Positions 38,217 to 47,851 of a DNA stretch of 64,000 nt are shown here, in pieces. Location: positions 3,247-67,246 of the forward strand of contig JBCCWS010000021.1 in NCBI GenBank assembly GCA_039193195.1. Reading direction: 5' to 3'. Origin of the DNA: Pseudomonadota bacterium. GTDB taxonomy: Bacteria > Pseudomonadota > Gammaproteobacteria > Steroidobacterales > JBCBZW01. Numbering within the stretch: position 1 is the first letter of the stretch; every line of letters begins with the position of its first letter. The notes beneath the pieces are model-generated. The model made no database searches and had not been told where the DNA came from. It was given only the letters and a program-made list of their open reading frames with translations. Made by a program: the position numbers and the translations under genes.

Positions 38217-40034
38217 TTACCAACCGACCGCCTGCCCGTCCTTGCGGTGATCCGACCCAGCGCGGTAAACCCCGTTCACCGCCAGGTCCTCAGCAACGCT
38301 ACGCGCGTCGACCGCCGGCGCCGTCATGTCCGGGTCCTTCGTGAACAAGATGCCCTGGTAGCCGCCAACACTGGCCCCGCCAGTGGGGCGCACCTCGTGC
38401 CCGCGCGCGCGCAGCGCCCCACCTACGAGATCGAATAGTGGCGCCTCGATCAGCAGCACGTTGCGACGCTGGTTGTGGGTGAACCGAGCTGCGTCCGTCG
38501 TCATCTGCACGTTCATGCCGTGGTCGATCATGTTCACGATGTGCTGGGCGTGGGTCTCCGGCTGCACGGAGCCACCCATGTTGCCGAACGCCATGAGCGG
38601 CTCGTCTTCCTGCATGACGAACCCGGCGATGATCGTGTGGAAGGGGCGCTTGCGCGGGGCGACGACGTTGGGTGACTCGGGGTCCAAGCTGAACGCAACG
38701 CCGCGATTGTGCAAGATCATCCCGTACGGAGGAATGGTGATGCCGCTGCCGTAAACGCTGTAGATGCTATGTACAAGAGACACCATGTTTCCCCAGCGGT
38801 CGGCGGCTGCGAGATAAATCGTGCCGCCACCCAGGTAGCCGCGCTCCGACGGTTCGGCCGCTGCCTGCATGTCGATGCGATCGCACAACCCAGCCGCGTA
38901 CTCCTTCGACAGGAGCTGCGATACGGGCACATCAGCGAACTGTGGATCGGCGTTGTAAGCGTGCAGGTCTGAGTACGCCAGCTTCTTCGCCTCCACCATG
39001 AGGTGCAGCGTGTCAGGGTGGGCCGGGCCGTTGGCGGCAAGCTCTACCCCGTGCGCCTGACTGCAGGTCTCGAGAATGTTCAGCATCTCCAGCGCGGCGA
39101 AGCCCTGCCCGGGCGGTGGCAGCTGATACACCTCATAGCCATGATAGGAAGTATTGATCGGCTCTACCCACTCGGACTGAAAAGCGGCGAGGTCAGCCAT
39201 CGTCATCGCGCCCCCTGCCGCTTTCACCTTGGCGACGATCGCCTTTGCAATCCGACCTTCGTAGAAAGCCTGACGACCCTCCTTCTGCAGCAACCGCAAG
39301 GCGTCGGCCAGATCTGGGTTGCGAATAATGCTGTACAGCGGCGGCACCTCTGCGTCGCGTAGGAAGACAGCGGCAGAATCGGGATCGCGGCGCAGCTTGT
39401 CCGCTTGAGCGACGAGGTCTCGATGGCGGCGTTCTGCCTGCCCCCAGCCCTCCTGCGCTATCCGTGCCGCGCGCTCCAGCGTTTGTGCGAAGTCCATTGT
39501 GCCAAAGCGCGAGAGCAGGGCATCGTAGCCCGAGACGGCACCGGGAACGGTCGCGGCGTTCACTCCGTACACCGGCACCCTATCTTCACCGAGCGTCCGC
39601 GTGAAGTAACTGGGCGTCCAGGCCTGCGGCGCGAAGCCTGCCGAGTTGAGGGCGTAGAGCCGGCGGTCCTTGGCAGACCAGACGAGCGCGAACAGATCCC
39701 CGGCAAGGCCCGTGTCGTTCTGGGAGGTCACGTCGAGGACGGCGGCGGCGGCCACGGCGGCATCGACGGCGTTGCCGCCTCGGCGCAGGATCTCGAGACC
39801 AGCTTCGGCGGCCAGGGGATCGCTGGTCGCCACCATGCCGTGGCGCGCAAGCACTTCGGAACGTCCTTGGTGGGCAAACCCCTGAGCCCGGGTGCCTGGC
39901 ATGGTAACGATGCCGGCGGCGGGGTTGGTCTGTCCGTTCTCCGGGATGCCGAAGGGAGTGGCGGACTGGGCAAAGGCCGCTGAGATCAGCAGCATGGTCA
40001 AACCAAAAGCTCGTAAGCACTGAATCATCTTCAC
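38217..40034 (-). CDS. ggt: Gamma-glutamyltransferase
   Basis: Signal peptide, full-length GGT pattern, autoprocessing/nucleophile Thr context GGGTIYLAAAD, and GNMGG. Confidence 0.9.
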   Translation of the reverse strand: MKMIQCLRAFGLTMLLISAAFAQSATPFGIPENGQTNPAAGIVTMPGTRAQGFAHQGRSEVLARHGMVATSDPLAAEAGLEILRRGGNAVDAAVAAAAVLDVTSQNDTGLAGDLFALVWSAKDRRLYALNSAGFAPQAWTPSYFTRTLGEDRVPVYGVNAATVPGAVSGYDALLSRFGTMDFAQTLERAARIAQEGWGQAERRHRDLVAQADKLRRDPDSAAVFLRDAEVPPLYSIIRNPDLADALRLLQKEGRQAFYEGRIAKAIVAKVKAAGGAMTMADLAAFQSEWVEPINTSYHGYEVYQLPPPGQGFAALEMLNILETCSQAHGVELAANGPAHPDTLHLMVEAKKLAYSDLHAYNADPQFADVPVSQLLSKEYAAGLCDRIDMQAAAEPSERGYLGGGTIYLAAADRWGNMVSLVHSIYSVYGSGITIPPYGMILHNRGVAFSLDPESPNVVAPRKRPFHTIIAGFVMQEDEPLMAFGNMGGSVQPETHAQHIVNMIDHGMNVQMTTDAARFTHNQRRNVLLIEAPLFDLVGGALRARGHEVRPTGGASVGGYQGILFTKDPDMTAPAVDARSVAEDLAVNGVYRAGSDHRKDGQAVGW

Positions 40035-40389
40035 TTCGGGTCCTCACAAGGGTCAGCTCGGTTAGGGTAACCCACGGACCTCGGCGTAACCCTTGCACCG
40101 CCTGACTCCACCCTGCAGGAAGCGACCGAATACAACGCTGTGGACCTCTCCGAGATACTGCCGCAGAAGGCGACCGCAGCGACTGGGCAACAAGCCACTC
40201 GGCGTCGCGGGCCAACACGATTGGAAAAGAGTGACCCCAGTTCGCCTAAAGCGAAGGAGAATCCTGCCGATAAGGCCCACTGGAGCATGATGAAAAAACG
40301 CTCCAGATTCGGCACATTAGATACGTCCGCAAAGAACCGAGCCGGCTTGGTCAAGCCACCGCCTCGAGTCCAAAACGGAGCAGCGTCAG

Positions 40390-40758
40390 ATGACTGAAGT
40401 ACAGCAGGAAATCCGTACCGTGGGGCGGCCACAATTGAAGGCCAGCACCCGTTTACGTCTGCCGATCGCATACGCGTGCCTCATCGCAGTTGGCACCTTC
40501 GACATCCTGTTCACCACGATCATCCTCTCCCTGGGAGGTGCCGAGGCCAACCCGATCGCCGCCGCCGTGATCGAGCAGTACGGCCTCGCAGGCTTGGTGG
40601 CTTTCAAATACCTGGTCATCGCCGTGGTGATTCTCGGCTGTGAATTCGTTGCCTCTGCCCGCATCGAGACGGCTCGTCGGCTAGCTCTAGTGGTTGTGGC
40701 GATCACCGCGGCGCCGGTCGTGTGGAGCACAGGCCTGCTGATCAAGCTCGTCGCCTGA
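40390..40758 (+). CDS. DUF5658-like small membrane protein
   Basis: 122 aa and 4 TM segments, with FDILFTTIILSLGGAEANPIAA typical of DUF5658. Confidence 0.6.
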   Translation: MTEVQQEIRTVGRPQLKASTRLRLPIAYACLIAVGTFDILFTTIILSLGGAEANPIAAAVIEQYGLAGLVAFKYLVIAVVILGCEFVASARIETARRLALVVVAITAAPVVWSTGLLIKLVA

Positions 40759-40881
40759 GCCGAAGCATCTGTAGGGACTGGCGGCAGCTTAACGACCACT
40801 GGCGCTTTCCGCGTCGGCCTCTGTAACAGGCATCCACGGTGTCATAGCGCTACCTACCTAGAGAGGCCGTGGCGTTTTACC

Positions 40882-41394
40882 TCACAGCCAACGCGCTGCC
40901 CACAAGCGCCAGCGAAGACCCCACTCACCGGGCAGCCCAAGCAGACGAAAGCGAATCCGGCCGTCGCGATCGACAATGAAGGTCGTGGGCACAGCCACAA
41001 CGCCGTACTGACCGGCAATACGCCCGTCGTCGACGATGGTGGGCATGGTCAGAGACTCGGCGTCCAGGTAGGCGGCCACGTCGGCCTCCTCGCCCGACTG
41101 CATGGCGATGGTGAGCACGTGGCCCTCCGTCGCCAAGCGATCGATCATGTCGTGCTCGCGCATGCAGTTGGGGCACCACACGGCCCAGAAGCGAATCGCC
41201 ACAGGGCCCTCGTCCGTGTACTGCGCTAGGGAAACTGGGCCTGCTTCGAGGCGCTGGGCCGTAAACTGCGGAGCCTGCCCCAGCGCCTGCTGATCGAGCC
41301 AAAGGCGCACGCCGAAGAAGATCGATAGTAGGAGTCCCGCTTCCAACAGGAGCAGGAACCATAAGCGAGTGCGCCGCCGCTTGGGCTTGGACAT
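40882..41394 (-). CDS. TlpA-like membrane-anchored thiol:disulfide oxidoreductase
   Basis: N-terminal TM anchor and the thioredoxin motif FWAVWCPNC. It is the last gene of the filament operon. Confidence 0.8.
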   Translation of the reverse strand: MSKPKRRRTRLWFLLLLEAGLLLSIFFGVRLWLDQQALGQAPQFTAQRLEAGPVSLAQYTDEGPVAIRFWAVWCPNCMREHDMIDRLATEGHVLTIAMQSGEEADVAAYLDAESLTMPTIVDDGRIAGQYGVVAVPTTFIVDRDGRIRFRLLGLPGEWGLRWRLWAARWL

Positions 41395-41403
41395 CGTCTT
41401 ACC

Positions 41404-42819
41404 CTACTGCTCAGTGATGGGCGGCGTATTGTGGCCCGTCACGCCCTTCGATGGCGTGCGACCCACATCTATCAGCGCCTGCTGAACCGCTACCAGGAGC
41501 GCTTCATTGCCGACCGCCTCGGCGTAGCGCAGCTCGTTTCGCAGCAGCTGCACCAGCGCCGCCGTGTCGTTGCGATCCTGATAACCCCCCCTAGCTTGCT
41601 CCACTAGGGCCAAACCGGCAGCCTCCTGGCCGACGCTCAACAGCGCCAAGCCGGAGTCGGCATAAACGGCGGGGTGGGTCTGCACATCGGTGGCAGCGAC
41701 AGCTTCACGCAGGACCGCGATGCCGACGTTGACCTGTCCTCGGCTCATCTGCGCCAGCCCAAGCATCGCCAGTGCCTCCGGACGAAGATCCGTCTCTGCC
41801 AGGCCGATGAGCATGGCGATGGCCGGCTCGTCCTGCCCCACCGCTAGAAACGCTTCGGCCTGGCCGAGGCGTAGGCGCTCGCGGCTCGGCGTTGAGCCAG
41901 GTTCGTTCTCCGCAGCTCGCCAGGCAAGCAGCGCGGCCTGGGGTACTTCACGGTTGAGCTCGACGCGCCCGAGTCGGGCACGCAGGGCTCTGCGCGTCAT
42001 CGAGGGGTTGGCGTCACTCGGGCCAGTGATCTCCAGCAGCAGGCGTAGGGTCATGGGATCGTGCATCGTTGCTAGCGACAAACTCCGCACGGCCATGTCG
42101 CGCGCGCGCACGGCTGCATCGAGGTTACCGACAAGCTGATGGGCCAATGCCGCGTAGAGGTTGGCCTGCGCGGCGACTCCCGCATCCCAGGTGGCCACGC
42201 GGTCGGCCGCCCGCTCGAAGATCCGTGCCGCGTCAGCCGGGCGACCGGCAGCGAGCGTCGCCGTAGCTCGCAGGCGCAGGGCGTCCAGTTCAGCCCAGGG
42301 CGCAGGTGACTTGGCGGGTATCGCGATCGATCGCTCTGCTACCTCAGCAAAACCGCCACGGCGTAGGTCTGCACGAGCTGACGCGCGCTCTCGCTCCCAC
42401 GCCTCGTAGCGCTTCGGTCGCTCGGCGCGATCGGCCACGAAGGCAGCCCAGCCGCCCGCTTCGGGCGCTGCCAGGACGTCTAGCCAGGCCGCGAGCACGT
42501 GCTGGATTTGGAGGGATGTTTGCGTCGCCAGCACGGCCTCACGGGCGCGATCGGGAAACATCCGCACGAGCTCACCGACCGCATTAGCACGCCCCCGCAG
42601 CAGTTGTTGCTGCACGCGCGTAACGAACACCTGCAGGGATTGTGGCTTACCCACCGCATCGCCAAGGACGACGGATTCGCCGTCGATGCGAAGCACGGGC
42701 CCCGAGGAGGTCGACGCTTCGGCTATGGGCGTCTCAGCGGGGCCTTGCGCTGGTCCTGTCGCGCAACTGCCGAGTGCCAGCAGAAGCCCTAGGACGCCGA
42801 GGGCGGCCCATCTTCTCAC
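41404..42819 (-). CDS. TPR-like lipoprotein (possible secretin pilotin/assembly factor)
   Basis: GTG start overlapping the secretin stop, a lipobox LALGSC, and an Ala/Leu-rich helical repeat content. Confidence 0.6.
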   Translation of the reverse strand: MRRWAALGVLGLLLALGSCATGPAQGPAETPIAEASTSSGPVLRIDGESVVLGDAVGKPQSLQVFVTRVQQQLLRGRANAVGELVRMFPDRAREAVLATQTSLQIQHVLAAWLDVLAAPEAGGWAAFVADRAERPKRYEAWERERASARADLRRGGFAEVAERSIAIPAKSPAPWAELDALRLRATATLAAGRPADAARIFERAADRVATWDAGVAAQANLYAALAHQLVGNLDAAVRARDMAVRSLSLATMHDPMTLRLLLEITGPSDANPSMTRRALRARLGRVELNREVPQAALLAWRAAENEPGSTPSRERLRLGQAEAFLAVGQDEPAIAMLIGLAETDLRPEALAMLGLAQMSRGQVNVGIAVLREAVAATDVQTHPAVYADSGLALLSVGQEAAGLALVEQARGGYQDRNDTAALVQLLRNELRYAEAVGNEALLVAVQQALIDVGRTPSKGVTGHNTPPITEQ

Positions 42820-44756
42820 CCCTGATCTCCCGACACGTTGCTCTGATTGACCGAAGGTGCGGTATTGAAGCGGAACAGATCGAAGATCGACCTATCGAAG
42901 GGCGGCTGCTTGTCACGGAACACTCCCCAATCGTCCGACGCGCCGGATTTGGAAGCGTTACCTGGCCGATAAGGATGAATGCTCAGCGACTCGAGCAGGT
43001 TGCGGCTGATCTTATCCGTCTCGATAGGCGTGCTGAGCACGTAAGGTCGTACCAACACGATCAGTTCGCTGCGGCTGATGACCGACGAGGTCCGCCGGAA
43101 CAGGACACCCAGGAGGGGAATATCGCCCAGAATCGGGATCTGTGCACGCTGGTCGCTTTCGGTCTCCTCGATCAGGCCACCGAACGCAAGTAGTAGGCCG
43201 TCGCGCGCCACGATCGTGCCACTCGCCGATTGGCTCTGCACCGTATCGATGGTCTCCGAGGAGAACCCAAGGCCTTGGGGCACGAGGATGGAAGCACCGT
43301 CTGGATTGACCTGGCTGGTCTCCTGCAGTAGACGAAGGGTCACCGTTCGGTCGGCGTTGATATTCGAGGTGATCAGCAGGTCTGTCCCAACGTCGCGCAG
43401 CTCGGTGACCGGCGTGGCCGACAAGGTGGTGGTGGCACCTGTCCCCACGATCACCTGTGGCTCCGTAAAGCCGGTCACCAAGGGCACCTGCTCGCCGGAG
43501 AAGATACGGCTCACCTCGCCGTTGGCTGTCAAAAGGATAGGCGTGGCGAGAGAGGTCACACGCCCCTTGCTCTGGAGCACCTGCAGGCGGGCCTGAAAGT
43601 TGTCCGAGACGGTCTGGAAAACGCCTGCGCTCAGGTCGAGGCCCGAGTCACCCTGGTCGAAGCCGCCGAAGTCACTGCCATCGTCGGAAGCGAAGGCGAA
43701 GTCGAAGCTCGTATCCTGCCCGTCGGACAGGTTGATGCGCAGGACGCGAACCTCCAGCAGAACCAACGACGTCGGCACATCAAGGCCTTCGATAATCGCC
43801 CTGATATCTGCCAGCACCTGCTCATTACCCGAGCGTACGACGATGCGATTGAGCCGCTGGACGGCCGTCACGTAGGTGGGCGCAAAGCGGGTAGCGACGC
43901 GCTGGGCCGCAGCAGCTGCGACCTGATCCCCACGCCGCGCTTCGGCCAGCGCCCGAGCCTCCTGCGCCGTGAGATCCGGCAGTTCCTGAGGCTCGAATTC
44001 CTGGGGCCCGCCGGTGTTTTGGTTCCCACCGAGGAAATTGTTTAACCCGTTGTTGCCGAGGCCGAACTGGTTGCCGTTGAGCGTCTGCACCCCGGTGCGC
44101 CCGGCACCGGTATCGCTGAGGCCGCGGCTGCGACCATCGATGACATCGAAGCGCCGGAACCGATTCTGCAGCTCCTGAAACGAGCGGTCAAAGAACTCGT
44201 TCTCCTCCGTGACGACGACCTGGTCGCCAAAGGTATCGCCGATTACGCGGACCACGTCCCGCGCGTTCGGGTACAAGAGCGTAAACACTTCGGTACGAGT
44301 GGCGCGGAACGCCGCCAGGTCGCCCCGAACATCCTCTGCAGTGGCCAGGAAATGAATGTCGCGGTCCTCGTCGCGGCGCGTAACAAGCCCCTGGGCCACA
44401 GCGATGGCGCTTAGCACCCCCTCGAGATCAAGGTCTCGCAGGGTGACGGTTACCCGCTCGTCCGCCACGCTGCGGCTAACGACCACGTTGGCGTTGGTAG
44501 AACGCCCCAGCTCATCGGCAACGCGACTGAGCGGCACGTCGATAAAACGGGCCTCGATAATGCGCCTGCGATTCTGCGGATCCGTCCTGATGTTGGCTAT
44601 ACCGAGTGGCGTCGTCGCCCCTCTTCCGGGGTCCAAGACGAGATTGCGCAGAGCGTCGGGTGCCACGGTGGGGTCGGACTGGGCGCGTGCTGCCGGCAAG
44701 AGCGTCAGCATTGCCAGGAGCGCAATGCCCGCAATGATCTGCACGGTGCGGTTCAT
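42816..44756 (-). CDS. gspD: Secretin (GspD/PilQ superfamily)
   Basis: ATG at 44756 gives the signal peptide MNRTVQIIAGIALLAMLTLLPAARAQ. The C-terminal secretin domain is present (TPILLTANGE...VP......, IPILGDIPLLGVLFR, SELIVLVRP). ATGA overlap with gspF. Confidence 0.85.
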   Translation of the reverse strand: MNRTVQIIAGIALLAMLTLLPAARAQSDPTVAPDALRNLVLDPGRGATTPLGIANIRTDPQNRRRIIEARFIDVPLSRVADELGRSTNANVVVSRSVADERVTVTLRDLDLEGVLSAIAVAQGLVTRRDEDRDIHFLATAEDVRGDLAAFRATRTEVFTLLYPNARDVVRVIGDTFGDQVVVTEENEFFDRSFQELQNRFRRFDVIDGRSRGLSDTGAGRTGVQTLNGNQFGLGNNGLNNFLGGNQNTGGPQEFEPQELPDLTAQEARALAEARRGDQVAAAAAQRVATRFAPTYVTAVQRLNRIVVRSGNEQVLADIRAIIEGLDVPTSLVLLEVRVLRINLSDGQDTSFDFAFASDDGSDFGGFDQGDSGLDLSAGVFQTVSDNFQARLQVLQSKGRVTSLATPILLTANGEVSRIFSGEQVPLVTGFTEPQVIVGTGATTTLSATPVTELRDVGTDLLITSNINADRTVTLRLLQETSQVNPDGASILVPQGLGFSSETIDTVQSQSASGTIVARDGLLLAFGGLIEETESDQRAQIPILGDIPLLGVLFRRTSSVISRSELIVLVRPYVLSTPIETDKISRNLLESLSIHPYRPGNASKSGASDDWGVFRDKQPPFDRSIFDLFRFNTAPSVNQSNVSGDQG

Positions 44757-45964
44757 AGGGCCGCTCCGTAGAGCGCCATCATGAAGGCGATGTAGACGTA
44801 CCCGACGATGCCGCCGACGACGATGATGACGGCGACCTCGACGAGGCTGGACAACGTGCGAATGAGCGCATCGAGGCGTTGTTCGTGAAATTCGGCGCAG
44901 GAGGTCATGGTTTCGTCTAGGTTTCCTGACTTCTCCCCCACGACAACCATGCTGCTCAGCATCGGGGTGAAGGTCTTGGGGGCCGCGAGCGCCGGCCCGA
45001 GGGCGCCACCGCCGATAACGCGGTCTCGCGCCTCGGCAATGAGTACGGTAAGGCGACGGTTGCCGTGCAGCTCCTGGCAGGTGCGCAGCGCCTCGATGAT
45101 GGTAACGCCGCTCGCCAATAGGTAAGCGAAGGAGCGGCTGAAGTACGCCGTCGCGCTGGTGCGCAGAATGAAGCCTGTTAGTGGCACGCGGAGCGCGATC
45201 GAGTCGATCAGCAAGCGCCCCACCGGCACCGCGTAGGTGACCGCGAAGCAGATCATCGCTAGCAAGATCCCGCCGACGATCATCGGCCACGAGGTCATCA
45301 GAAAATTACTGAGGTCGACCAACCCCTGGGCCATGGGCGGCAGCGGTCGGCCGAGGGCAGCCAGATAGACGGTGATGCGGGGCACGGCGAAGGTGAGAAT
45401 GAACACCGTCACGCCGATCGCGGCCACTAACACAAGGGTCGGGTACATGAGCGCAGAGATCAGCTGGGCAAGCAGCAGTCGCCGTTTTTCGAGCGCATCG
45501 GCCGCCCTCGCCAGCACGACGTCGAGGGTCCCGGTCTGCTCGCCGACCTCGACCAGTTGGCGCACCATGCGCCCCATCCAGGGATGGCGTTCCAGGGCCT
45601 GCGTAACGGTTCTCCCCTCCTGAACGCGCTCGGCGATGTCGACCAAGGTGGCACGCATAAATCTCGGCGACTGCGCGGCCGTCGCCCGCAGCGCCTCGAG
45701 TAGCGTCAACCCACTTCGCAGCATGACGCTGAGCTGTCGCATAGCCACTTCGAAGGTGGCCATGCTCGGGCGCGCAAAGGGCAGGCGGCTGATACGCGCC
45801 TCCAGCTGCAGCGATTGCGCCGGCCGGGTGCGCTCCTCGAGACGCAGCAGCAGGTGACCGTCAGCGCGCAGGGCGGCGGACGCCGCAGTCGCATCGGCCG
45901 CTTCTAGAAAGCCAGACTCGGTCTGACCGGATGGCGTTCGAATGTCGTAGGCGAAACTAGTCAT
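44753..45964 (-). CDS. gspF: Type II secretion/type IV pilus platform protein (GspF/PilC family)
   Basis: 403 aa with a duplicated T2SSF domain and three TM segments. Confidence 0.9.
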   Translation of the reverse strand: MTSFAYDIRTPSGQTESGFLEAADATAASAALRADGHLLLRLEERTRPAQSLQLEARISRLPFARPSMATFEVAMRQLSVMLRSGLTLLEALRATAAQSPRFMRATLVDIAERVQEGRTVTQALERHPWMGRMVRQLVEVGEQTGTLDVVLARAADALEKRRLLLAQLISALMYPTLVLVAAIGVTVFILTFAVPRITVYLAALGRPLPPMAQGLVDLSNFLMTSWPMIVGGILLAMICFAVTYAVPVGRLLIDSIALRVPLTGFILRTSATAYFSRSFAYLLASGVTIIEALRTCQELHGNRRLTVLIAEARDRVIGGGALGPALAAPKTFTPMLSSMVVVGEKSGNLDETMTSCAEFHEQRLDALIRTLSSLVEVAVIIVVGGIVGYVYIAFMMALYGAAL

Positions 45965-45988
45965 TTAGGCTGGGCCGTTCTTATTGAT

Positions 45989-47851
45989 CTAAGGATGGTC
46001 GACGGCGGACGCATCGAGTTCAGCGTCGGCGGTCGATAGGTCTGATTCGCTCGCCGTCAGATCAGCGAAGCTCACCACGTTGCGCAGCACATCGGCGATG
46101 CTCGTGCGACCCTGCAACAGCTTCTCGGCCGCATCGTCGGCGAGCGTCTGCAGCCCGTGCTCCTCGATATAGCTCTTGAGCTGGTCCTCGGTGGCGCGGG
46201 CGGTGATCAATCGCGACAAGCCGCGGTCACAGGTGAGCATCTCGAACAGAGCCAGGCGCCCGATGTAGCCGCGCTGGCCGCAGTAAAGGCAACCCACTGG
46301 CTCCATAATCGACTGACCCGCCAGGTCAGGCCGTCCCAGCACAGCAGCATGGGCCGGATCACACGGTGCCGGCGTCGCGCATGAGGAGCACAGGCGACGG
46401 ACCAAGCGCTGGGCGACGACCATGCGCAAGGTGGCTCCGACCAGATACGGCGGAATGCCCATGTCGATCAGGCGGGTGATCGCACCGGTAGCATCGTTGG
46501 TGTGCAGCGTACTAAACACGAGGTGCCCGGTGAGCGCCGCCTTAACAGCGATATCGGCGGTCTCGCTATCGCGGATCTCACCGATCATGACGACGTCCGG
46601 ATCGTGGCGCAGGGTACTGCGCAGGGCCTTCGGGAAGGTGACCTTCTCCGCCGGATCGACCTCCACTTGGGTGACGCCCTTGATCTGGTACTCGACCGGG
46701 TCTTCGATGGTGATCACATTTAAATCGGTTTCGCTGATCAGCTGCTGGATGGCAGCGAACAGCGTCGTGCTCTTGCCGCTTCCCGTCGGCCCCGTTAGCA
46801 GGACCAGGCCATAGGGCTGGCGGATGGCCTGGCCGAATCGCTTGAGCTGCGTCGCGGACATGCCGAGCGTGCCAAGGCTTAGGTCGTCCGCGTCCTTGCC
46901 GAGCAGACGGAGCGTCACGCGCTCGCCGTGTTTGGTCGGCAGCGTGGCGACGCGAACATCGAGGCGAACGTCGTTGCTCATCTCGTGACGCAAGCGACCG
47001 TCCTGCGGCGCACGACGCTCGGAGATATCGAGGCCGGCCATGACTTTGATGCGACTGATAAGCGCGGCACCACTCTCCGGCGTGAGATCGCGCAGGGTTT
47101 CGATCTGCCCATCCACGCGCACGCGAATCCGAACCTGAGTCTGGAAACTGTCGATGTGGATGTCGCTGGCGCCGTACATCAGTGCCGAGGCAAACACGAG
47201 GTCGTAGGTGGCAACCGCGTCGAGCTCACCGTCATCGCCTCCTTCGGCCCCAATCGACAAGGCATCAGCACCGGCGTAAACCCGCTCGATGACCTTGCCC
47301 AAGGACTCTGCGTCGACCGTGTGCAGCTTGATGTCGCGCCGGTAGGTCCGATTCAGCACCGTCTCGACCTTCGGACTCAGGGGACCGGCCACCGCCACCA
47401 CGACCGCCTCCTCGCTGGTGGCAAAGGGCAGCACCTGCCATTGACGGGCGCGGGCGGCGGGCAGCAGTAGCGCCACGTGTGGGTCCACCCTGACGCGCGC
47501 GATGTCGAGTTGAGAAGTCTTCGGCTCGAGCAGCGCGCCCGACACCAAGCGCACGCCGATAACCGGCCGCTCCGGGGCGTCGCTCCAGGCCACCTCGGCC
47601 GGTTGCGGAGGGCTGCCATCTGCGCTGTCCATCAACAGCCGTTGACCCACTGCGGGTAGCTCAGCCGAGTCGGTCAATTCGATCTCCGCGCCGCCGGGGG
47701 AGACCTGCAGCAGCTGCGCCTCGCGTCGAATACCGTCGGCGAAGTGCAGCCAGATGGAGCGCCCGCGCGGGTGCGGCTGCGCGTGGCCGGTCGGATCGAG
47801 GGTCGCCTCGTGACCGCGCTGCTGCATCGGGTCCGAATCCACCGTGCTCAC
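45989..47851 (-). CDS. gspE: GspE/PilB-family assembly ATPase with extra N-terminal PilZ-like domain
   Basis: Walker A LLTGPTGSGKSTTL, Asp box, Walker B DPDVVMIGEIRD, His box, and tetracysteine CSSC...CLYC. A T2SSE_N-like segment and an additional domain of about 100 aa lie upstream. Confidence 0.9.
   Translation of the reverse strand: MSTVDSDPMQQRGHEATLDPTGHAQPHPRGRSIWLHFADGIRREAQLLQVSPGGAEIELTDSAELPAVGQRLLMDSADGSPPQPAEVAWSDAPERPVIGVRLVSGALLEPKTSQLDIARVRVDPHVALLLPAARARQWQVLPFATSEEAVVVAVAGPLSPKVETVLNRTYRRDIKLHTVDAESLGKVIERVYAGADALSIGAEGGDDGELDAVATYDLVFASALMYGASDIHIDSFQTQVRIRVRVDGQIETLRDLTPESGAALISRIKVMAGLDISERRAPQDGRLRHEMSNDVRLDVRVATLPTKHGERVTLRLLGKDADDLSLGTLGMSATQLKRFGQAIRQPYGLVLLTGPTGSGKSTTLFAAIQQLISETDLNVITIEDPVEYQIKGVTQVEVDPAEKVTFPKALRSTLRHDPDVVMIGEIRDSETADIAVKAALTGHLVFSTLHTNDATGAITRLIDMGIPPYLVGATLRMVVAQRLVRRLCSSCATPAPCDPAHAAVLGRPDLAGQSIMEPVGCLYCGQRGYIGRLALFEMLTCDRGLSRLITARATEDQLKSYIEEHGLQTLADDAAEKLLQGRTSIADVLRNVVSFADLTASESDLSTADAELDASAVDHP

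Noticed and set aside
40280-40306. Inverted repeat CTGGAGC-N13-GCTCCAG in the ggt/DUF5658 divergent region
   Set aside because: It is a real 7-bp dyad, but short, with no U-tract, no second copy and no associated regulator. That is insufficient for a functional call.
44757-45290. N-terminal 178-codon extension of the secretin ORF (42816-45290)
   Set aside because: The extension is Arg/His-rich and lies entirely inside the well-supported gspF gene. An internal ATG at 44756 gives a classic signal peptide and an ATGA overlap with gspF.
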